NCBI RefSeq assembly: GCF_902713615.1
Contig: NW_024056027.1
Span: 62,001 to 126,000 of the forward strand
Direction: 5' to 3'
Origin: Scyliorhinus canicula
Taxonomy: Eukaryota
Length of the DNA: 64,000 bases
Below are positions 12,690 through 27,531 of this stretch, piece after piece. The notes under the pieces were generated by a model. The model searched no databases. It saw only the letters and a list, made by a program, of their open reading frames with translations, and was not told the DNA's origin. Numbering within the stretch: the first letter of the stretch is position 1; the number at the start of each line of letters is the position of its first letter. A program made the position numbers and the translations under genes.

Positions 12690-13090
12690 GAAACGCGCAT
12701 GCGGCCTGATGCGCAGCCAATAAAGATGGCGGCCCTAAATATGAGCCGAAATGAGGTGTTGCAGTTCTGCTCGGTACAAACTGGGTCCCGGAAATTTTTT
12801 TCCGCGGTTTGCGGCTCACAAAAGCTTTATACAACATTTCCGCCCACCCCCGCGATCTCTCGCTCCCTCCATATTGTTAATCGCCTGTCACCAATTTCCG
12901 ATCTGAAAAACACGTCTTTCTCCTTCGCCATTACCCACACTGCGCATGCCTCAATCACAGCCTGGCCCCGCCCCTCATTCACTCCCATTGGTTGGACGAC
13001 CAACCGCCCTCGCTCGTTCCTCTCGTTCCGCCTCCTCCTGCTATTGGTCCGGAGCTGCCGTCAATCACCCGGACATTGTGACGGTTACAG
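12690..13090. promoter_or_regulatory. CpG-rich housekeeping-type, probably bidirectional promoter
   Basis: NRF1-like GCGCATGCG 12695-12703; CCAAT ~12717; YY1-like AAGATGGCGG 12723-12732; GC box ~12966; ATTGG boxes ~12987 and ~13042. Confidence 0.7.
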
Positions 13091-16000
13091 AGGCCACAGG
13101 CTCAGGCTGACTCGCTGATTGTCCAATAATAACAGTGAGAGTCTCAGTGGGACAATCAGACAATAATAGTGGAGATGGGGCCCAGAGGAGAAACAGCAAA
13201 GGATTCACTCACTTTGAGAGTAACAAACACAGTATCATTCCAGTAATAAGTGTGTGAGTATCATTCCACTGCAGTGTGTGAGTGAGGAGGCCATTCGGCC
13301 CATTGAATCTGCACCGACCCTATGAAATATCACCCTATCTGGGCCAATCTCGGGCGGCATGGTAGCACAGTGGGTAACACTGTTGCTTCCCAGATCCAGG
13401 GTCCCAGATAATAATTCTGTCACTTATTATTAGACAATAACCTGCCTGAAATGAAAATCGCTTAGAAAAGCCCCTAGTCGCCACATTCCGGCATCTGTTC
13501 GGGGGGGCTGGTACGGGAATGCCTGTTATTCCAATGCTGGTGTGTGTAATCTGTCACTGTTGAAAAATGAAAATCGCTTATTGTCACGAGTAGGCTTCAA
13601 ATGAAGTTACTGTGAAAAGCCCCTAGTCACCACATTCCAGCGCCTGTTTGGGTAGGCTGTTACGGGAATCGAACCGTGCTGCTGGCTTGCCTTGGTCTGC
13701 TTTCAAAGCCAGCGATTAGCCCTGTGAGCTAAACAGCCCCTAAACTCCTCACGGACAGTGACCCACAGCTGGGATTTGAACCCGGGTCCTCAGCGCCGTA
13801 GGCAGCAATGCTAACCACTGTGCCACCGTTATCATTTGACAATAATAGGAGGGCAAGATGCAAGGTAGCAAAGATAATTTGATGTTTCTGTGTTATAGTC
13901 AGTGTCACTGGGAGGTGTGTGATAAAATAGGAATGGAAACATCGTGACAGAGGCACGTGTGACTGACTCCACCTGATTCAGAGCTGTTCTATCCAAGATG
14001 AGAGCAATGAGGACATGGGGAACTCCAGAGATTTCTGGTATCTGAGGTGCATTTGTAGAGGAACTGAAATCATTCTAGTGGTTCTCGATTTATACAGGGA
14101 ATATATCTGACAACTAAAACCAAAGTTTAAATCTTCTCTTTGAGACACGTTGTGATTGAAAAGATCAAATGTTAAAACATCAGGAGAGGAAAATTCAGAC
14201 TGTCACAAAGGGCATCATTGCTGCCTCACAGCACCATGGACCCTGGTTCAATTCCGGCCTTGGGTGACTTTCTCCCAGTATCTGCATGGGTTTTCCTACC
14301 TACCAGTCAAAGATTTGCAGTTCAGGTGGATTGGCCATGATCAACTTCCCCTTAGTGTCCAAAAATGTATTGGTTAGGTGGGGCTACAGGGATAGGGTGG
14401 GGGTGGGCCTAGGTATAGTGCCAACTGAATGGGCCGAATGGCCTCCTTTTGCACTGCAGAGATTCTATGAGTGAACTGTCGAATTCATTTGATTCACCAT
14501 AATACTGCCAATTTACCCTCTACAAGTGTAACTCACTTTGAAAGTTACTGTAAATCTGCTTCCAGCAGGCTGTCAGTGTGAATTCCAGATCACATCTTAT
14601 CACTGTGTAAAAACCATTCTCCTCATCATCATTGTTGTCAAATATCTTAAATCTCTGTGTCTTCTGGTTACAAAACCTCCTGAAACAACATTTCAAACAA
14701 AGTTGATTTATTTCACATTTATTCAGAATAATAAACCTCATCAGCAGATTAAGACTGTCAGAGTAAACATTATTGAGTCCTGTAATGTGTTACATTAGCA
14801 CTGCAATGAGGTTACTGTGAAAATCCCCTAGTAGCCACACTCTGGCACCTATTCGGGTATACAGAGGGAGAATTCAGAATGTCCAATTCACCTAACAAGC
14901 ATGTCTTTCGGGATTTGTGGGAGGAAACCCATACCGACACTGGGAGAACGTGCAGACTCGCACAGACAGTGTCCCAAGTGGGAATTGAACCCCGGGACCC
15001 TGGCGCTGTGACATAGCAGTGCTAACCACTGTGCTGCAGTGTCACCCATAAAACAGTTCAGCGCAATGTTCTCAGATTAAAGAAGCTGAAGCTTGGTCTT
15101 GAACCCATGGCCCTGGGATTAAGAGTCCCATGCTCTACCACCTCAGCTAGCCAGGTTGCTTTTTATAATTTCATTTCGGTCTCCCCTCAGTCTTTTCTGT
15201 TCCAAAGAAAACAGCCCCAGTTTATCCAAACTTTCCTCGGAGCAAACATTGGCAATTTCTGGCTGATGTTGTTAAAACCCCTCTCTGCTCTCTCTAGTGC
15301 AATCTTCCTGTGCACAAGGAGCTAGCTCTGGCCTAACTAATCCTGTCCTGCCATTGATCATGTAACCTTTGCCTTGTTTTCCCTTCAGCTTTCTTCCTCA
15401 CTATCAAGTGTTTAATCATTTTTTGTCAAAGGAAATTTCTTATTAATGTTCCTACATTTACTTTCAAATCAATGATGTAAACCAGGAGTGAAGGGCCCAG
15501 TACTGATTCCTTTGAAATTGGCACTGGAAACAGCCCATTGATTTTCTCTATTCTTTATGGGATGTGAGTGTCATGGGCAAACCAGCTTGGTTGCCCATTC
15601 CTAATTACCGTTAAACTGAGTGGTTTGCTAGGCAATTTCAGAGTGCATTTCAGAATTAACCACATTTCAGTGGGTTAGCCAGATCAGGAAATGCCGGTGC
15701 TGACTCGATGGGCTGAATGGTCTCCTTCTGCAATGTAGATTCTATGATTAACTCTGACCTTGGGTCACTGTCTGTGTGTAGTTTGTACATTCTTCCTGTG
15801 TCTGCGTGGATTTCCTCCGGGTGCTCTGGTTTCCTCCCACAGTCCAAAGATGTGCAGGTTAGCTGGATTGGCTGCATTAGATTGTCACTGGGAGGGGTTG
15901 TGGGGATAGGATCGGGAATTTGACATGGTAGGATGCTCTTTCAGAGGGTTGTTGCAGACTCGATGGGCCGAATGGCCCCCTGCACTGAAGGGATTCCATG

Positions 16001-18589
16001 ATTCTACATTGGATCCAATGATGTGTTCACTCACACACTGTAGCCTGACTCTTATTATGGGAGCAGACACTGTGTTTGTTACTCTCAAAGTGAGTGAATC
16101 CTTTTGTTTCTCCTCTGGGTCCCATCTCCACTATTATTGTCTAATTGTCCCACTGAGACTATCACTGTCATTATTGGACAATCAGCGAGTCAGCCTGAGC
16201 CAGTGGGTGCTCCGGTTTCCTCCTACAGCCCAAAGATGTGCTGGTTAGGTGGATTGACCATGCTAAATTGCCCTTAGTGTCCAAAGGGTTTGGGTGGGGT
16301 TGCTGGGTTGAGGGAACGGGTTGCAAATGTGGCTTTAAATGGGGTGCTCTTTCCAAGGGCCGGTGCAGACTCGATGGGCTGAATGGCCTCCTTCTGCACT
16401 GTAAATACAAGATTAATTGGATATTCTGTCCCATGTGTCCAAAGCTCTGCGGCTCTGTTCAGCCACATGAAGACCCAGGGCAGAAATTCACAACCCTGAG
16501 TCAACATCACCCTCAAATCGAGGGACTGCTGATGACGAGGGTCAGTGTGCAGCGGGGGGGCATGAGCGGTCATCCTGGACCAGGGAGCAGGAGGGGAGAA
16601 TGTGGTGAATTTCTATCCTGGACTTAGTGATTAATTTTGGAAACTCCTTTTACAGGGGATTAGTAGGGGAGGATTTACACACAGCAAATTCAAACCAGGA
16701 GAAATGTTTATCTTTCCTGAATTACTATTCTGGACTGACAGTGATGCCTTTGTAAACTTCTTTCACAGTGGCTTAGAAAGGGATTCGCAGACAGGAAACT
16801 CACAACCAATCCTCACATCAAATTCTGACAGCACCATTCGAGTTATCAGGACCTGGAGATAATCGACCTTTGTGTGTAAGCATTGAGTTCCAGATCATTA
16901 TCACTCACTGTGTAACATCTCCCCTGCAGATCTTGCTCCCAATCTTAAATCTGTGTCCCATAATCCTTTTACAATCTGCTATTGAACAGCTTTTCTTTAT
17001 CTTTTGCCGGGTTTGCTGTTGTCGTTTCCGGTGCCTGGGTCGCTGCCGGGTGGTCCGTTCGGTTTCATTCCCTTTTCCTGTATTTGTAGGGGATGAATGG
17101 GCTTGGACCTGTCCATTTAGGATCCAGTACACAATTAAAATTTGCTCCCAGAATCAACCGATGTGTATCCAGGTCTGGGATGGATCCCAACAATTTTTCA
17201 TACAAATGCCACATCGTCCCAGTTAGGGGCTTAGCCATTCACCAGCACCCAACGACCCACTGACCACCTCGTATCTCCCATTAGTGTCCGCAATGATCCT
17301 AGTGACCGAAGGAGGGGTCTGTTTATTGATTAGAATTGCAGCACCTCACGGGCAGCACAGTGGCGCACTGGTTAGCACTGCTGCCTCACAGCGCCGAGGT
17401 TCCAGATTCGATCCCGGTCCTGGGTCACTGCCTGTGTGGAGTTTGCACATTCTCCCAGTGTTTGCGTGGGTTTCACCCCCACAACCCACAGATGTGCAGG
17501 GTAGGTGAATTGGCCACGCTAAATTGCCCCGTAATTTGAAAAAATGAATTGGGTATTCTACATTTAGCAGCACATCGAGCCCTTCTGTCAAAGCCCGAGT
17601 GAAACACTTGGATCACCCCTCCGCAGTCTGGTCTGATCTCTAACCTGCAAGTGAGACTCCTGCAAGAACCCTACATCAGCATTTAGATTCTTTAGGTGAG
17701 CGAAAACCCTCAACCTCTACATTGCCTTTACGTTCCAGGTGACCAGCTAAATCAGGGGTCTCCCCCACCCCCCATCACGGAATCAACCGTGAGGGACTAT
17801 CCAGTAAATGTTCAACATGTGCAGGACAAGAGTCCACCCAAGATGGCCGCCACATGTACCCATAGACTCACAGAGTAAAACAAAAACAATTCTTTAGTCA
17901 TCAGGTAGCTAACCTGTCTCCCTCCCACCCCCTATATATCTACATTGTGCTTCATAAAGAAGAAACCATCTCTTTCCTCCCTTCACTCAGAACAGAAAAA
18001 CAGATTTAATCAGAAAATATCAAAACTGAGGGGGCAGCAGGGTAGCATTGTGGATAGCACAATCGCTTCACAGCTCCAGGGTCCCAGGTTCGATTCCGGC
18101 TTGGGTCACTGTCTGCGCAGAGTCTGCACATCCTCCCCGTGTGTGCGTGGGTTTCCTCCGGGTGCTCCGGTTTCCTCCCACAGTCCAAAGATGTGTGGGT
18201 TAGGTGGATTGGCCGTGATAAACTGACCTTACTGTCCAAAATTGCCCTTCGTGTAGGGTGGGGTTACTGGGTTATGGGTATAAGGTAGAGATGTTGACCT
18301 TGGGTAGGATGCTCTTTCCAAGAGCCAGTGCAGACTCGATGGGCCGAATGGCCTCCTTCTGCACTGTAAATTCTATGATCTATATAGAGGTTATCATAAC
18401 ACCCATCCCAGCCCACAGGGAACGTAGATCTTGTCCAATACAGATAACTGGACCCCAGTCCATGCTTTACAATGTTCGCCTCCTCTGGTTTCTCAAAATG
18501 GAAGTCTTTGGACTTGTATGTGAGCTGCAGCTTTGCTGGGTATACCACCCCAACTCCTTTCTCACCAGCTCGGCTCCCACATCTTGGTA

Positions 18590-19350
<761 letters not shown>

Positions 19351-21588
19351 CCTGTAAAAGGAGTTTATAAAAGTCATCACTAGGGGCAGGAATGGTGGCT
19401 CAGTGGTTAGCCGAGAACCCGGGTTTGATCCCGGTCCTGGGTCACTGTCCGTATGGAGTTTGCACATTCTCCCCGTGTCCGTATGGGTGTCACCCTCACA
19501 ATCCAAAAAGATGTGTAGGGCAGGTGAATTGGCCACGCTAAAATTACTCCTTAATTGGAAAAAAAGAGGAATTGGGTACTCTAAGTTGATTTTTTTTTGT
19601 AATTAAATCAAACAAAAGCCATCACTGTCAGTCCAGGATAGAAATTCTGAAGAAACAATTCTAGTTTCTCTGGAACATTTTTTCCTCTCTTGTTCCCCCA
19701 AGGCTGTAAATCCCCGTCCCACACACTCTCCCTCCTCCCTGGGCTGAAATCCAAACCCATCTCACCATCTGCACCATTTCTTTCCTCCCTCCCTCTGCCT
19801 GGGTTCAGTTCTTCAGCTCCTGTTTGCAGACTGACAATAAAATCAATGGGTCTTATTGGGGGTCTGGGGCCTCCAGTGGGTGTTTGTGAATCCTCCCCGC
19901 CCACCTGCCAGGGTTTCCTTCCTTCCCACAGATCAGAGTCCTCATTGATTATTTGAGCCCAGCCTGGAACCACGCTAAATTGCCCCTTAATTGGGGAAGA
20001 AAAATTATATGAAGGTTCACGGCTCCACAAAGTGTTTCCAATTCCTCCCATCCATCTCCTTAACAGGTTGACAGATTTATTTGTCTGCCTAAAAGAATGG
20101 TTTTTGCTGGCACAGCGATTAGCACTGCTGCCTCACGGCGCCAAGGACCCGGGTTTGATCTCGGCCCCTGGTCACTGTTCATGCAGAGTTTCTATATTCT
20201 CCCTGTGTCTACATGGATTGACCATTGTAAATTGCACCTTAATTGGAAAAACAATAATTGGTTACTCTAAATTTACTTCGAAAAAGGATTGTCTCTTTCC
20301 TGATGTTCACAATTAAACTGGTGGATTCCCCAGGAGATGGCTGACACTTCAGGGGAATTAAATTAGTAATGGACAGAGATATGTCCAGTGTTGTTACATG
20401 GTACAGATTAGATATATTATTTATCGTTCTGTAATAAAGTAAATATTATTATTTCTTGTCTTGTAATATCAGACTGTAGCTACGTTACAGATTTCCAGTC
20501 ATCTCTTCCCTTAGAGGGTTGTTAGTCTTTGATTTCTCTTCCACAGGGACCAGTTGTATCTGGGGGTCATTGAATATATTGAAGCACAAGTTTGGCAGAT
20601 ATTTTGTTGACAATGGAGTTAAGAGTTATGGGGAACAGGTAGGAAAATAGAGTGAAAGCTGAGATCAGGGATTTCTTCACTCGAGGATTTGGTGAAGCTT
20701 TGGAATTCTCTACCCCAGAGGAATGTGCAGCCTCAGTCACCAAGTATGTTCAAGACAAATATTGACAGGTTTCTAGATATTGAAGATATCGTGGGATATG
20801 GGGATTGTGTGGGAAATGGTGCTGAGGTAGATCGGCCAAGGATCTCATTGAATGGTTGAGCAGACTCGGTGGGCCGAATGGCTGACTCTTGCTCCTATTC
20901 TAATCCCTGTGTCCTGGTCAGGAAGCAGTGAGCTGAGCTTGGATCTGTCAATCAACATGAATCAGCACCTTCAGGAGAATTGGGAGGGTGAATATTAGAT
21001 ACGGCAGAGTGAGAATGGAGGGAGATTGTGTGGGATGGAGATTTACAGCTTTTGGAGAACGAGAGAGGAAATAATGTTCCATAGGAACTAGAATTGTCTG
21101 CTCTGAATTTTAATAATAATAATCTTTATTGTCACATGTAGGCTTACATTGCAATGAAGTTATTGTGAATTTCTACCCTGTGCTCACTGATGACTTTGTA
21201 AATTGTTTTTAAAGGATGTTGGAAGAGGAGGAATTATAGACAGAAATCTCAATCACCATGTCTCGATGTGACAAACTTGCTCGATTCCTTCTGATCTGAA
21301 TACCATCGGGCTCTGAATATCATCGGCGAGAAGGAGAAATGTTTGTCCGATCTGTCGGTTTCAAAAGATTTTAAACGTGTGCGTGACTGGAAAAGCACCG
21401 AGACCCACACAACACACACCCGAGTGAGAGAGTTCCAGTGAACTGACTGTGGAAAGAGCTTAAACCAGTTACACAGCCTGAAAAAACATCACACCATTCA
21501 CAGTAAGGAGAGACAGTGAACATGTTCTGTGTGTAGACAAGGCTTCCACTGATTGTCCAATCGGGAGAGACACGAGGAGACCCAAAAC

Positions 21589-22287
21589 ATGGAGAAACCG
21601 TGGAAATGTGGGGACTGTGGGAAGAGATACAGATTCCCATCTGTGCTGGAGATTCATCGACGCAGTCACACTGGGGAGAGGCCGTTCCCCTGCTCTAAGT
21701 GTGGGCAGCGATTCACTCATTTATCCACCCTGCAGTCACACCAGCGAGTTCACACTGGGAAGGGACCGTTCATTTGCTCTCGTTGTGGGAAGGGATTCAC
21801 TCAAGCATCCCATCTGCAGACACACGAGCGAATTCACACTGGGGAGAGGCCATTCACCTGCTTTCAGTGTGGGAAGGAATTCATTGATTCATCCACCCTG
21901 CGGAAACATCAGCGAGTTCACACTGGGGAGAGGCCATACATCTGCTCCTTCTGTGGGAATGGATTTACACAGTTATCCAGTCTGCAGACACACCAACGCG
22001 TTCACACTGGGGAGAGGCCGTTCACCTGCTCTCAGTGTGGGAAGGGATTCACTCAGTTATCCAGCCTGCAGTCACACCAGCGAGTCCACACTGGGAAGAA
22101 GCCGTACACCTGCCCTCAGTGTGGGATGGGATTCAGCCATTCATCCAACCTGCGGAAACATCAGCGAGTTCACACTAGGGAGAGACCATTCACCTGCTCT
22201 CAGTGTGGGAAAGAATTCACTCGGTTATCCAGCCTGCAGAGACATCAGCGAATTCACACGGGAGAGAGGCCATTCACCTGTTCTTAG
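21589..22287 (+). CDS. C2H2 zinc-finger protein, 8 fingers, ended by TAG in finger 9
   Basis: ATG GAG AAA CCG TGG start; eight canonical fingers; TGT TCT TAG where CAG is expected; further fingers to ~22387. Confidence 0.82.
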   Translation: MEKPWKCGDCGKRYRFPSVLEIHRRSHTGERPFPCSKCGQRFTHLSTLQSHQRVHTGKGPFICSRCGKGFTQASHLQTHERIHTGERPFTCFQCGKEFIDSSTLRKHQRVHTGERPYICSFCGNGFTQLSSLQTHQRVHTGERPFTCSQCGKGFTQLSSLQSHQRVHTGKKPYTCPQCGMGFSHSSNLRKHQRVHTRERPFTCSQCGKEFTRLSSLQRHQRIHTGERPFTCS

Positions 22288-22387
22288 TGTGGGAAGGGAT
22301 TCACTTAGTTATCCAGTCTGCAGAGACATCAGCGAGTTCACACTGGGGAAAAGCCATTCACCTGCTCTTAGTGTGGGAAGGGATTAC

Positions 22388-23810
22388 ATAGAAAATAGGA
22401 GCAGGAACAGATCATTTGGCCCTTTGCGCCTGCTCTGCCATTCATTATGATCATGGCTTATCATTCGACTCAATATCTTAATCCCGCTTTCCCCCCTCCA
22501 TATCTTATGATTCCATTCACCCTAAGTGCTGTATCTAACTGCTTCTTGAAAACATACAATGTATTGGCCTCAACTACTTCCTGTGGTAACAAATCCCACA
22601 GACTCACCACTCTCTGGTTGAAGAAATTACTCCTCATCTCTGTCCTAAATGGTCTACCTCATATTCTCAGACTGTAACCTCTGGTTCTGTACACTCCCAT
22701 CATCGGGAAAATCTTACCTGCATCTAATAATAAGTTTTTATTGTCACAAGTATTAAGTTACTGTGACAAGCCCCTAGTCACCACATTCCGGGGCCTGTTC
22801 GGATAAGCTGGTACAGGAAAATGAGCCCGCGCTGCTGGCTTTGTTCTGCAACACAAACCAGCTGTTTAGCCCACTGAGCTAAACCAGCCCTATCTACCCT
22901 GTTGGAATATTAGTGGTTTCAATGAGATCCCCCCGGCCCCAATATTCTGAACTCCAGCGAATACAATCCTAACTGATTCAATCTCTCATACGTCAGTCCC
23001 ACCATCCCAGAAATCAGCTTGGAAAACCGCTGCACTCCCTCTTGAGAAAGAACATCCTTCCTCAGATAAGGAGGCCAAAACTGCTCACAATATTCCAGGT
23101 ACAGCCTTGCCAAGGCCCTGTATAATGACAGCAAGATATTCCTGCTCCTGTAGTCTAATCCACTCGCAATGAAGGCTCGCACACCATTTGCCTTCTTTAC
23201 TGCCTGCTGTACCTGCATGCTTAGCGACAAAAGAACAAAGAAAGGACCAGCATGGGAACAGGCCCTTTGGCCCTCCAAGTCTGCGCCGACTATGCTGCCC
23301 GTCTAAACTAAAATCTCTGCACTTCTGGGGTCCGTATCCTTCTATTCCCATCCTATCTATGTATTTGTCAAGATGCCCCTGAAACGTCACTATCGTCCCT
23401 GCTTCCACCACCTCCTCCGGCAGCGAGTTCCAGGCATCCACTACCCTCTGTTTAAAATAAAAAAACTCACCCCGTACATCTCCTCTAAACCTTGCCCCTC
23501 GCACCTTAAACCTACGCCCTCAAGTAATTGACCCCTCTACCCTGGGAAAAAGTCTCTGACTATCCACTTCACTGTTTGTGCCCCTTGGTTTTTCTCAGCT
23601 CTACCCATACAGATTCCACATTGTCAGAGCGAATATCCTTCCTCACTATTGCATCAATTTCCTTTTTAACCAGCACTGCCACTCCACTGCCTTTTCCTTT
23701 TTCTCTGTCCTTCCTAAATACTGAATATATTCAGTTCCCATCCCTGGTCACCCTGCAGCCATGTCTCCATAATCCCGATTATCTCACACCCGTTCACGTC
23801 TATTTGCGCA
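22388..23810 (-). mobile_element. Antisense CR1 (EN to 3' tail, internally deleted, nested CR1/SINE pieces) inside the ZNF exon
   Basis: Tail junction gggattac|atagaaaataggagcagga identical to the 6693 junction; EN motif IIGIMETWL near 23770. Confidence 0.85.
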
Positions 23811-23811
23811 A

Positions 23812-23945
23812 TTCACTTGGTTATGCCGTCTGCAGTCACACCAGCGTGTTCATACTGGGGAGAGGCCATTCACCTGCTCTCAATGTGCGAAGGGATTTTG
23901 TCATTCATCGCACTTCCTGAGACACCAACAAGTTCACAACTGATT
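23812..23945 (+). pseudogene. Detached terminal fingers of the 21.6-kb ZNF gene
   Basis: cagtcacaccagcgtgttcatactggggagaggcc..., then the family 3' module; paralog of 2690-2822. Confidence 0.78.
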
Positions 23946-26203
23946 ACAGGGATTGGATTCTGCTGTTATTGTTTCTGTTCTCCATTACATCCAGGACTGC
24001 ATTTTGTTCATTCTGCTGGTCAATGGGGATGGTCAGAGGGTTTCTTTCTGCTGGACTGGCCGGTCTCACGGCTTCTCCCCCAGTGGGCTGATTCTCTCTG
24101 AGCCTTCGTGCAAATATCTGGTTTCACATTTCACAAGGATCAAAGAGTGAAAGGGTGTTTGGAGGTTCGAAGATGTTTCATTACCATTTCTGTTTGGAAC
24201 CCCCAAAATCATGCCACATTGCCATGAAGATGGGCTATGGTGGTTACATGGTTCTTCTGTTTAATTTATCTTCATGCTTCTCACAGAAGAAAACAATCAG
24301 GGTATGAGGGGCACGTTGTCTGAAGTGCACTAGGGAACGACATTAAACAGTATGGTGGAGACAGGCAATCATTAATATTTAAGGAATTATTACAGATTTA
24401 CACTGGGATCGGTTAGCTCTGATAGCTGGATGGCTGGTTTGTGCTGAGTGACACCAGCAGCACAGGTTAAATTCCCATACCGGCTGAGGTTAGCCATGGT
24501 CTCTGTCAATATTTATGCTCCACATGATCCTCCACCCACCCCTCTACATCTCCCCCCATCAGCATCTCTTCTATTCCTTTCTCCCTCATGTACGTATCTA
24601 GCTTTACGTTCAATGGATTCATGCTGTTCATCTCAACCACTCGCTGTGGTAACGAGTTCCACATTCTCACCACTCGGGTAAAGAGGTTTTGACTGAAACT
24701 CCAATTGGATTATTGAATCCCTTCATAATCTCAAAGACTTCCATCAGTCTTCTCTTTTCCAGAATAAAGCAGCCCCAGCCTTTCCTGAGTGTTAAATGCT
24801 CTCAGTTCTGTACATTATGAATCTTTGTTGCACCTTATCCAGTGCCTCTATTTCCTTTTTCTAAATGGAGATCACCAATGTTGACAGAGCTCCCAGTGTA
24901 GTCGAACCCCGGTTCTAATCGAGTTGAACATTTCCTCCGTGCTTTCAATTCTATCCCTCTAGAATGGAACCCTATATATGGGCCCCACATTTTGGGAAAA
25001 CGTGAACTTCTTAGGGTGTAAAGAACATTTACAAGAATGGCACCAGAGATGAGGGACTCCAGTTAGTTGGAGTGACTGGAGCAGCTGAATTTCTCTCCTG
25101 AGATCACAGCATCTGGAGGGTGGGGAATGGGGCCATTCAGCCCTTTGGGACCGTGTTGGCTCCCTGTGGAGGAAGCCAGTCTGTCCATTGCCCCGTTCTA
25201 TCCCTGAATCCCTGTGGGTTTATTTCTCTCAATGCCTGTCCAATTTCCTATTGAAATCCTTCCATCATCTCTGCATCTCCTACCCTCATAGGTAGTAGGT
25301 TCCAGGTTGTTACCACTCGCTTTATATGTACACGGGGCTCCTAGAGCACAGAAGAGTCTATTTGGCCTATTTTTCCCATGCCAGTTCTTTGTACAGCGAC
25401 CCATTTAATCCCATAGTTCAACTATTTTGTTTTCTTTTTCAGAATGTACTAAATTCCCTTTTGGAAGTTACAGTCCAATGAGATTCCAGCACCATTTCTG
25501 GAACGTGCATTCCAAATCACAACAACTCGCTGTGTTTTACAACAAATAATTGTGCAGATGGTGTGTCTGGAGTTTCATAGAGTATTCAAAATGGTGTCAA
25601 CACCTTGGTTCTCACACAAAATTAAGACTCAAATCTTTATCAATGATTATGGTGAGGACACCAAGTGTAATATATCCTAATTTATGAACAATTAGAATAA
25701 ATGTACATTTCTATAAAACCTCACTGCCACTTGACTTCTAAAGTGTTTTAAAGCCAATGGAGTATTTTAAATCATATTCTTTGTTGTAATGTAGGAAGCT
25801 GTAAGTACACATGTGTAATCACATTTAGTTTTAAAATTGTTATTTTCATATTGTATTCCCTGTCATTAGTAACAAGGTCAAGGAAGCCCTTTTATACCTC
25901 GAACATGTGGCTTCCTGCAGCCATTTCACCTTCTGTACCTTTTCTATATTAACTATATATTGATTTCATAGCAAAAACAGCAATTAAATTAATGATTATT
26001 CAGTAGGAACATTGATTATCATTCGTGAATTGGTGTATTAGGTAATTATATTGTAAAGGCGAGATCTTCATTTAAAAAACAAACATCATCAACCAAACTG
26101 TTTCCAGAAACTGCAGAGGTATCTGAATTTGTTTGAAAAAATAAATTGCTTTATAATTTTGAGAAATTACAAGACATCATATTCTGCCAAGACTATGTGG
26201 GCT

Positions 26204-26545
26204 GGGCAGTGGTGTAATGGTATTGTTACTGGGCTAGTAATCCAGAGACCCAGGTTAATGATCTGGGGATCTGGGATCGAATCTGCCTGTGACAGATAAT
26301 GAAATTGAATAAAAGTCTCAACTTAAAAGTCTAATGACCCATCTGGTTCACTAATGTCCTTCAGGAAATCTCTCCTTACGTGGCCTGGCCTACACGTGAC
26401 TCCAGATCCGCAGCAATGTTGTGGTTGATTTGTAAGTGCCCTCTGAAATAGCCTCACAAGACACACAGTTCAAGGGCAATTGGAATGAGCAGTAAATGCT
26501 GGTCCAGCCAGTGACCCCCACCTCCCATGAATGAATAATTTTTAA
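26204..26545 (+). mobile_element. Deu-domain SINE (SacSINE1/AmnSINE-like)
   Basis: tRNA-like head; core catctggttcactaatgtcctt...cagcaatg...tggttga...gccctctgaaat; A-rich end. Confidence 0.7.
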
Positions 26546-27531
26546 GGCGGCTCATTGCTCAATCTGAATACGAGTAAGAAACTCTCTTTAATTGGATTTG
26601 ATTTATTGTCACGTGTACCGAGGTACAGTGAAAAGTATTGTTCTGCGTACAGTCCAGACAGATCGTTCCATACATGGAAAAACAAAGTGCGGATCTTGGC
26701 AGTTTGCTCAGTTTACAAAAGAATTTAATGGCTTTGTAGACGCAAATTAATATTTTAATCACCATCCAAAACATATCGAATGGTAATGTATGCTCATATA
26801 GACAGAACTGAAATGGAGGAAATAGCAGAGATTTAACTGAACCACCTTTTTGAAAAATTCAGTCTTCATGATAGAGAACTAGGAAAGGCCACTCAGGGAG
26901 ATGAGGAAATCCAGGCTCAGTGCGGATTTGCTGTCACCCCTCCTTTCTTATAATAAACGGTATTTAGGCTGCAGAATATTTCACAGCAAAACACAGAGGG
27001 GTCAAATATAAGCACACATAATTCACAATTCACTTCCATTTAACGATATTTCACTTTGTTTAAAAGCTGACTGTGGTCAAACTGAACAAAGATTCATGGG
27101 ATTTCTGTTACCCAGTGAAACGTTTTCTTTTCTTGGTCAGTCATGTTTGCAATTCAATGGTGTATATTTCAGAGTTATTCAGAGTGAAGACTCGAGAGCT
27201 ATTCAATTCAAAATGAAGTCATTTATAACAAATAAATAAACTGACGTTCAACATTGAATAACAAAACATATTGAGTAGAATTGGTGGAAGATAAGCATGA
27301 TGCATTAATGATTGAACAGAAAACATTGTTCCGTTAGATATTTGCTGAACAAATGCTAAAGTTCAATATAAGTCCGATATCTTATGGTCTTACAAGTTGA
27401 GAAATCGGTTTTAAAGGAACAGCTGTCTTCATGTAATCAGTGACGTGACCTCCCAGCCGAACCATTGAAAGCTGCAGCAAGACTGTGCAGTTGAACGTTG
27501 TACAGGGCCATTGGGTACTGCACTGCCAACT

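Larger units (their letters stand above)
1100..13330 (+). repeat. Left arm of ~25-kb inverted segmental duplication
   Basis: Colinear reverse-complement matches to 15960-25520: 1141 tggactgtaacttccaaaaggg vs ~25460; the ZNF exons; SINE and L1 fragments; 13100-13250 vs 16060-16200. Confidence 0.92.

Noticed and set aside
18030-18110. SINE heads with A/B boxes as tRNA genes (dozens of copies)
   Set aside because: No complete cloverleaf; they continue into SINE core and tail
21608-22450. 280-aa and similar ORFs (7422-7823, 6993-7373, 43596-43838, 42770-43222) overlapping ZNF arrays
   Set aside because: Shifted-frame shadows of the 84-bp finger repeat; no independent coding signal
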